A DNA stretch of 64,000 bases from the human T2T-CHM13v2.0 reference genome, Homo sapiens, in assembly GCF_009914755.1 (NCBI RefSeq), contig NC_060930.1; one strand, written 5' to 3'. Below are positions 56,711 to 64,000 of the stretch, piece by piece. A program made the position numbers and the translations under genes. Within the stretch, counting starts at the first letter, position 1. Each line of letters starts with the position of its first letter. The notes below the pieces were generated by a model. The model did not search any database. It was not told the origin of the DNA and worked only from the letters and a program-made list of their open reading frames with translations.

Positions 56711-57540
56711 ATGTTATCTGTTTATGGGTCTTGTACCCCACTAGCCTGTGACTCCTCAAGGGTGAGGAGAGCGTCTCACCTTCTTGTCTCAGCCTTCACA
56801 TGGGACCTGACACGTAGTAGCCTACTTAATGCAAGTTAAACTGAAATTTCAGTTGTTACCTAATAGCCAGCTATGATGAAACCATGACAAAATAAGGAAC
56901 ATTTGTCTTTGGGACCCTGCTATCTCCCCTGTCAGTGTTTCTTATGACCCTGTGCCCCTATTATGGCTCTTGCTCCCTCTTGGGGTGCTTGGAGGGTTGC
57001 ATATTGCACATTTCAGCATTTTGTACAGACCTAATCTTCCCCAAGCAGAGCTTTATGCTCTGAAATTCTCCTTTTCCCCTCCCCCTTAAACCAGACCCTC
57101 CAGGGCAGAATCAGAAAGGGTGCAGTATGTGGCTGGAAAAAGATGATGCACATCACACATCAGGCCAGCAGCCCTAGTTGCCCAGAGTTCTTCCCTTCAC
57201 AGCCTTCAGGCTTGAATTAAAGAAGCTTCAGGCTGGCATCATCTTACAATGGGATGTCCTGAGCTCAAGAAATTTCGATAGTATGCAATATTTTTAGCCT
57301 AGATTCGTAAGTCTAGAGTCCTGGGAAGTAGCTGAGGGAAATCAGAGTGATCTCACCCAATGTTTAAGTATCTAGGTTGAGAACTGTCCATTGGCCAAGA
57401 TGGTCCTGTTATTCTATGTCTGTTTAATTGCCCACACCTCATAGCTCTTCTGCTCATGTGTGCTGCAGTTAAGTACTCATTTTGGTTCTAAATTGTCCCA
57501 TGGAGACAGGTCCATAATCAAGCAAACTCCAGATGGCCCC

Positions 57541-57967
57541 TGTGTTAGGCCATTCTTGTGTTACTATAAAGAAATACCTGTGACTGGGTTTATAATTTAT
57601 AAAAGAAGGTTTCATTGGCTCATGGTTCTGCAGGCTGTACAAGCATGGTGCTGGCATCTGCTTTGCTTCTGAGGAGGTCTCAGGGAGCTTTTACTTATGG
57701 TAGACAGTGAAGCAGGAGCAAGCACATCACATGGCAAAAGCAGGAACAAGAGAGAGAGAGAGCCGAGGAGGATGCCACACACTTTTAAACAACCAGATGT
57801 TGGGAGAAATCATTCACTATAGCAAGGACAGCACCAAGGGGATGGTGCTAAACCATTCATCAGAAATCTGCCCCCATGATTCATCACCTCCCATCAGGCC
57901 CCACCTCCAACACTGGGCATTACATTTCAACATGAGATTTAGAGGAGACAACATCCAAGCTATATCA
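57541..57967 (-). mobile_element. MaLR solo LTR, MSTB-like
   Basis: TGTGTTAGGCCATTCTTGTGTTACTATAAAGAAATACCTG ... CATCCAAGCTATATCA. Confidence 0.87.
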
Positions 57968-58787
57968 GCTTCTCATTGGCTTTTTATGCACTGAGGTGAG
58001 AGCCAAGTGTGGAGAAAGCTGGTGAAAGAGTTTCCACCCAAAGATTTGAGTTTGGTCAGAAGACAAAATGAGTTCAATGAAATTTTGACCAATCTATTTC
58101 ATTTTTCTTCCCTAAGTTATAGAGGTGACTTATACTTTTCAACAAACAGATTTTGGAACTTGACAGTTGGTTTTTTAAAAGACTTTTTACATTTCCCTAG
58201 AAATTTTTGGGTGTACTAACTTCTAGGAACTTAACTTTTTAAAAAATGACTTCTGCATCCTGAGCTCTCATACACCAAGCGTGAAATCACGTTATTGCTG
58301 CTTTAATGGATTTTTATTGAGCAATGGACATAGTCATGGCAATACTGTATTAAAGATTTTGTTCTCAGGTTTAGCATCAAATGCTTTACTTAAGAGATGT
58401 AACTTATTAAATGAATTCAAACTGATCTGAATAAGGATTGGCACATTTAAAAACTGGCTGAAGCGTGACTAATGAGTGAGTTAAGGCAGAATGACCAAAC
58501 AGAAGAGAAAAGCTGAGGTCTGCACACCTTGCCTTATCCTGATTCCTAATTAATGTTCTGGACAAGAAAGGAGACAGCCTATTATTAAAATCAAATTATG
58601 ATACTGAATTTAGAGGTGCTGCCAACACCAGGCAGGAGGAAAGATTTAACTGTCTGGATAGAATATTTTTAGATAATATTTACTTTTGTTAAATTTAAGC
58701 TAATAATTCTGGCTGATGTTAAATCACATACCTAGAGCAGGAAACTTGAACTTTTATAAAACAACAAATTTAAATCTGAGACTATGG

Positions 58788-59401
58788 TGAGGTGGTAAAT
58801 TAAAGAAAAATAAAAAGAAAGAGAAATAAGTTTTCCTGTATTAGGCTGACTTGTCCCAGAGGCAGCAACAGGCACAGTCCAGACCCAGGAAAAGTCTTGA
58901 TAATATTATCTAATGTTCTCTGGAGACTTTCCCAGCACTCCCTCAACAAAGGGAGAAGAAAAACAAATTTTCCTTTATTTTATGAAATGAGTTTATAGAT
59001 CCCTGTTCTCTATAACTAGTGACTTCAAGAATTCTGTTTTATCTAAGAAGTACAACAAAGGTCATAAGAAGCCTGAGTAGGCCTGAACTACAGCTGCCTG
59101 GGCACCATAGTGAAGGTTAGGAGATAAGCCCGTGCCCAGGCAAACCTAGATAATGGACACCTGGGTTGCTTGGCAACGGTTATGTGCAATCCTAAGTTTG
59201 TTCTGCCTCTGTATCCCTGCTTTCACGCCACTGTAAGCTTGCTTCAAGCTAGCCCACTCCCTTTTGTAAAGTGTATATAAAAGTCAAGTGCTGTCTTTAT
59301 TCCAAGCCCGGTCTTTTGGACGTGAGTCGGCTGGCCTGAGTGCACTCAAGATTCTCCTGTTTCAACCCGAGGTCACTCTCGTCCTCCTAAATCCTGCAAC
59401 A
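58788..59401 (+). mobile_element. ERV1 solo LTR (HERV-I-related, LTR10C/LTR15-like)
   Basis: TG...CA termini, 4-bp TSD ATGG (58784-58787 and 59402-59405), TATA-like TATATAAAAG near 59274-59283, end TCCTGCAACA. Subfamily name tentative. Confidence 0.8.
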
Positions 59402-59574
59402 ATGGCAGACAAAGAGGATGATATGAGTTTAAGCTTGTCCCCATCCATGATCCTGGTCTTGGCTCTCATATTTTATGCCTGGATCAAAGCAGCTCATATC
59501 TGCTTCCTTCTCTGGGTCTAGGTATTCATAACTGTGATCCAGGCCAATCTGATGCTCGTCTGGGCTCAGTCCTC

Positions 59575-60680
59575 ATATCCCTTCTCTTCTATGTCCACTC
59601 TCACTCTTGGTGATCTCAACTAGTCTCACGGTTTTGAAGACCAACTAAAGGCTGACCACCCTTGATTTATATGTCTGATTCAGACCACTTCTCTAAACCT
59701 CTTGGATACACTTAGTTGTGTATCTCCACTTGAATTGCATGCCTAATATACACCTTCAACATGTCTCAAATTGAAATTCTGACCTTTCCCCAAAGATCTG
59801 CTCCACTACTGGGTCTTCCTCAAGCTTTCAAGTTGCTCAAGGCATGACACTTGAAACCATCTTTGATGCCTCTTTCTCTATCACTCCACATCTAACTGGC
59901 AAATCTTATTGAACACATTTAAATTACATTCTAAATCTGACCATTTCTCACCCTGTTCCAAGGCACAATTATTTCTCAACTGAATTGCAAGATGCTTCCC
60001 AGCAGATCCCCCTATTTCCATTCCTGTCTCTTACCATCTCTATGAAACACAGCAGCCAGAGTGATCCTGTTATACTGAGTCGGATTATATAATTTTTCAT
60101 ATTGAAAACCTCCAATGGCTCTGTCTCTGAGAAAAAGCCAAAGTTCTCACACCAACTGCTCACACACCAAGTCATCACCTTTCCCACCTTATCTCCTTTT
60201 ATCTCCTCCCCAGTCCTAGTCTTGCCACACTATTACCTGACATACTTTTGGTTACTCTGACATGCATGTATGTGCTGCCACAGGTCCTTTGCACTTGCCA
60301 TATCCCTGCCAATCTATTTTTAACCCTGGTATGCATTTGATTTACTTCCATCTCTTTCAGATCTTTATGAAAAAGTCACCTTTTACTTGAGGCTTTCCAT
60401 TTCCATCCTATTTAAAATTGTACCTCCCAATTTGCTATTCTATATGCTACTTAATTTTTCCTCCAGAGCATTTAACATAGGTAACATGTATATTTCATGT
60501 TACGTATGTAAAACAGTCAGTATTTTACTTATCTGTCTTATTTTCCATCCCCTCTTTCCAAATCAGCTCCATGAGAGCATGAATCTTTGTTTGTTCAGTA
60601 AATAGAACAGTGCCTGCCACATAGTAGGCACTCTATACATATTTGTTAAATGAATGAACGCACGAATAAATGAATGAATG
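59575..60680 (+). mobile_element. L2 LINE fragment
   Basis: L2 body motifs ending AGAACAGTGCCTGCCACATAGTAGGCACTC...TGAATGAATG. Confidence 0.75.
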
Positions 60681-62137
60681 ATGCCAGTCACCTGTGCATG
60701 GATCTACAAAAGCTTAAACTCCTATTTATGGCTTTCAAACTCTTGCGTCATCTGGTCCCATTCTCTCTCCCTGTCTATCTTCTCTCCTCCACTCCCAGAA
60801 CACCTCTTGTCCTCCCTGGTCACTCTCTATGGCTAAACTATTGCTAGCATGTGAATTTCTATCTCGGTGCCTTTGTTCTTACATTTGCTAGTCTACAATG
60901 TCTTCCTCTCTTCTCTCTACCTCATGTCCAAATCCTATCCCTCTTTCAGAACTTACCTGAATTCTTATCTCCTTCCTCAGTCTCTTCCAATATCCTGTCA
61001 CATTGCTCTGTCTCTTTTTCTCAGGGTTAAAGAGATAATGCTGAATCTTATTTGTTTACCTATAATTCAGATATTTGTTTCTGGCTCTTCAATTACAATT
61101 GTATGCCCTAAAATCATGTACCACCTTAATAATTGTTTGGGATATCTCATAGTGTGCAGAATGTTATTAGACACAGAGTAATTACCTGACAAATAATTGT
61201 CAATTGATAATATGGGAGGGGGGTTCTAAATCTTTTTTGGAATAGCATATGGCAATAATTTCCAGGCAGGAATGAGGATCTCCTTTAAAGTTTTTTTAAA
61301 AAAATAACTGCTAAAGAATGATTTCCAATAATTTATTAAATAAAAAAGGAAGTTGCAAGATAGTCTATTGCATATAGTCCTATTTGTCAAAAAATTAGAT
61401 AGTTGTGATATATGTGTGTGTACATATATACATATGCTTGTATGTTTAAAAAGTTTCTGGAAGGATACATAAGACTCTGTGAATGGTCGTTACCACTAGA
61501 ACAGGCAAGGGAGGGACTCACACTCTTGACTCTGCTGAATTATTTGCATGTTTTTCACCTTGGGCAGGCATTATACTAAAATTCTTCACTAAGAATTGTT
61601 TTAAAAAGTCACAGACTTCCTCTCCCACCACATGACAGTAGTTGTACTTCGAATCTATTGTTTAAGAAAATATCTATTGACAGGAAGTTACCCAGTAATG
61701 ATTTTAAGTGATTTTGCATTTTACAATCACTATTGCACCTACAAAGATTTGAAAAACTAAAATATTATTCAATCTAAGGAGAATTCTGAAAAACTCCAAA
61801 GTCCCTGAGGAGTCTCTTGCCAGAGAATGGGAACTACCACACTTAGAATTTTAAGGCATTTGTTAATAAGACATTGTGTTCCATTTCTGGGAGCCTTTAT
61901 AGCACCTTTCAGGTAGTTAATTCTCAAAAATGTGTGGATGGAGTATGGAGTATGAGTGCGAGTCTTGGAAAAGCAGTGGTAGAGGTGGGAAGAGTGATGA
62001 AGGGCTCTTCACCACCTTTCAGCAATTGCCCTTCACAATGGAAGGCATGCCCCCTACCACCGCCATCTTCAACTGCCACAGCCCTCCTGAAGTGAATTAG
62101 TGTAAAGAGGGAGGAAAAATTCAGGCCTATATTTATT

Positions 62138-63368
62138 TTCTTTTTTTTAAATTCAATAAATAATTATTGAATGTCTATATGTACTAGATATGTGCCAAGT
62201 ACTTGGGGGCACATCACAAAACAAAACAAAGATCCCTGCCCTCATGGAGTTTGCAGTCTAGCATTTATTACCAATTTATCTGCAGCCTGTCTGTGATCCT
62301 GTGCAAGTCACCACACCTCTCTGTGCTTCTGACCTCAGCTGCCCAATGGGGAAATAAGCAGGACTGGCTCAGATATGGGTATGCCTGGTGTTCTGTAGAT
62401 GCCAACAGGACACCCAACCTCAACCCACCACCCAGGAAGTAGGTAGGCTGGAAGTAAATTGGAAAAGGGCAGAGGGATTTGAACCAGGTCATCCGGAGTG
62501 CTGTGGCAGTGGTGGGCAGGGCCCAGGCTGGCTACATGCACTGTTGCTGCTATTGTGTCTCAGTGGTTGCCTTGCTCGCTAGGTCCTTGGCCTTCTCCGC
62601 AGCTGTCAGTGCTGTCTTCTTTGCCTTCCCCTTGTCTTCCTTGGCTGTCCCAGCAGGTGTTTTGGAAGGTGCATCATCTGGCAGCTTGGCCAAGATATAT
62701 TGAAAACTCTTCACAGTTACAATCATGTTGTTTTTGAAAAGAGCATGACCAAGTTCCTGGACAGTTCTGGAGATACTAGATAAGCTAGAGAACACCCAGG
62801 CTTCCCTGAGGATTTCGGACTAGTGCAGTTCTCAGAGTTCACACAGTAAATACATCGTCCCTCCACCACCATCAGCTGGGCATGGTTGATGCTACAGGTG
62901 AAGGTGGTCACTTCTGATTGTGTGGGTGCCCAGTAGAGTCCTCCAGGATGGACACTGGGTGAGCATCATTGGCAAGAAATAGCCACTCAGCCCAGCAGGA
63001 CATCCCACTGGTCTTGGTCAGGAGTCACTGGGACAGGAGCTTCTGGGCAGGGGTCACCTCCTCATATTCTGTGTTTTTGGTCAGAGCATGTTTGCTATAG
63101 GGATTTGAGTACCAATGTCACAAGGCAGTGAACATTTGGTTTCAGAAATTCTGGAGCCTGTTCTGGCCTAGGAATACTTCATCATCATTCCAGCCAGGGT
63201 AAATGAGCACCCTTGCAGCTTCAGGGCACGGAGCCCCGTGGGCAGGTGTGTGTGTGCAGGGGATTGAAGGGGAGCTGGGTTGTGGGCTGAGGGCTGGCAG
63301 GGGCACTTGCTCATGGAGCTCAGGCTGTGACCAACCTGCCACCACTGCCTGGAGCAGTTGTCAGGACT
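62138..63368 (-). pseudogene. PRELID1P2: Processed pseudogene of PRELID1 (probably PRELID1P2)
   Basis: Intronless homology from ATG (63185) to TAG (62532): ...YSNPYSKH..., EVTPAQKLLS, TTFTCSINHAQLMVVEGRCIYCVNSEN, FQYILAKLPDDAPSKT...AAEKAKDLASKA. Several frameshifts and stops; UTR-like flanks, poly(A) remnant near 62132-62150, degenerate TSD. The P-number is from memory and less certain than the parent gene. Confidence 0.9.
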
Positions 63369-64000
63369 AGGCTTATATCTCTTGGTTTATAGTCAAGGGT
63401 AGGGAAAATAGATAGAAATGAACTATATAAGCATGAATCCAGTGAAGTGAAAACTGGCAGTCTTAGAGTTGACTCAACTATCATGAAGTTTATATTTCTT
63501 TAGGGGAAATTCAGGCCACTGAATTGGAGGGAAATCCACGTAGAGTCTTTTCTTGCTTTCCCAGGGAAAAAGAGGCAATTAGAAAAGGTAAATATCACAT
63601 CTCTGGCATAGTCTATGGCACCAGATGTTTTACTTCATAACCAAACATGAAGCAAACCATCATGATGAGATATCCAGACTTTATAGAGCTAAGAGCCTGG
63701 TTTTATGGAAAGAGCTCTGGTGACAGATATACTTAGATTAAAATCTTGCTTCTTAAACAACCTACTTCAATCTTTCTAAATATCAGTTTCCTTATTTATT
63801 ACACGCAGATTTTTTTTACATTATAAGGATGTTGTGATAATTAAATGTAATAACATACAAACTATTGAGCCCTCATAAATGGTCTTTATTATAGTTTAAA
63901 AATTAAGAAGCCATTATGTCTCAAACAAATATGCCAAGCATTCAAAATTCACTAAAGGTTATACTTGCAAAGAAGCATAATGTCTTAATGTCACACAAGA

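Noticed and set aside
62550-62911. ORFs with clear PRELID1 similarity as a functional retrogene
   Set aside because: Frameshift in codon 5, several in-frame TGA stops and further frameshifts; no intact PRELI domain.
53851-64000. SCGN exon 7 and later exons
   Set aside because: No EF-hand-4-coding sequence with splice sites found; intron 6 appears to run past the window end.

Overview
Human genomic DNA that I recognise from its translated exons as chromosome 6p22.2; the locus assignment is from memory, with no alignment run. It contains three gene-related parts. (1) The last coding exon and 3' UTR of CARMIL1/LRRC16A (+, 3254-~4330; C-terminus ...GEEAEKEFIFV*). (2) After ~31 kb of repeat-rich intergenic DNA, the CpG-rich promoter and coding exons 1-6 of SCGN (secretagogin, a hexa-EF-hand Ca2+ sensor; +, ATG 36214, residues 1-157, all GT-AG, reading frame continuous); the rest of SCGN lies beyond the window. 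(3) A full-length, disabled processed pseudogene of PRELID1 on the - strand in SCGN intron 6. The remainder is Alu, L1, L2, MIR, ERV/MaLR LTRs, hAT DNA transposons and microsatellites, with subfamily names assigned by eye. Most supplied ORFs are repeat-derived or chance. I see no convincing new biological system. The best leads are: a near-canonical RE1/REST site overlapping the SCGN start codon; a sense-oriented intronic ERV1 LTR with an RFX X-box and apparently no poly(A) signal; a locally templated ~113-bp insertion flanked by a 12-bp direct repeat in intron 2; the exon-2-skip frame giving a 49-aa product; and an inverted-Alu-flanked, stop-free 183-nt exon 3-4 unit.
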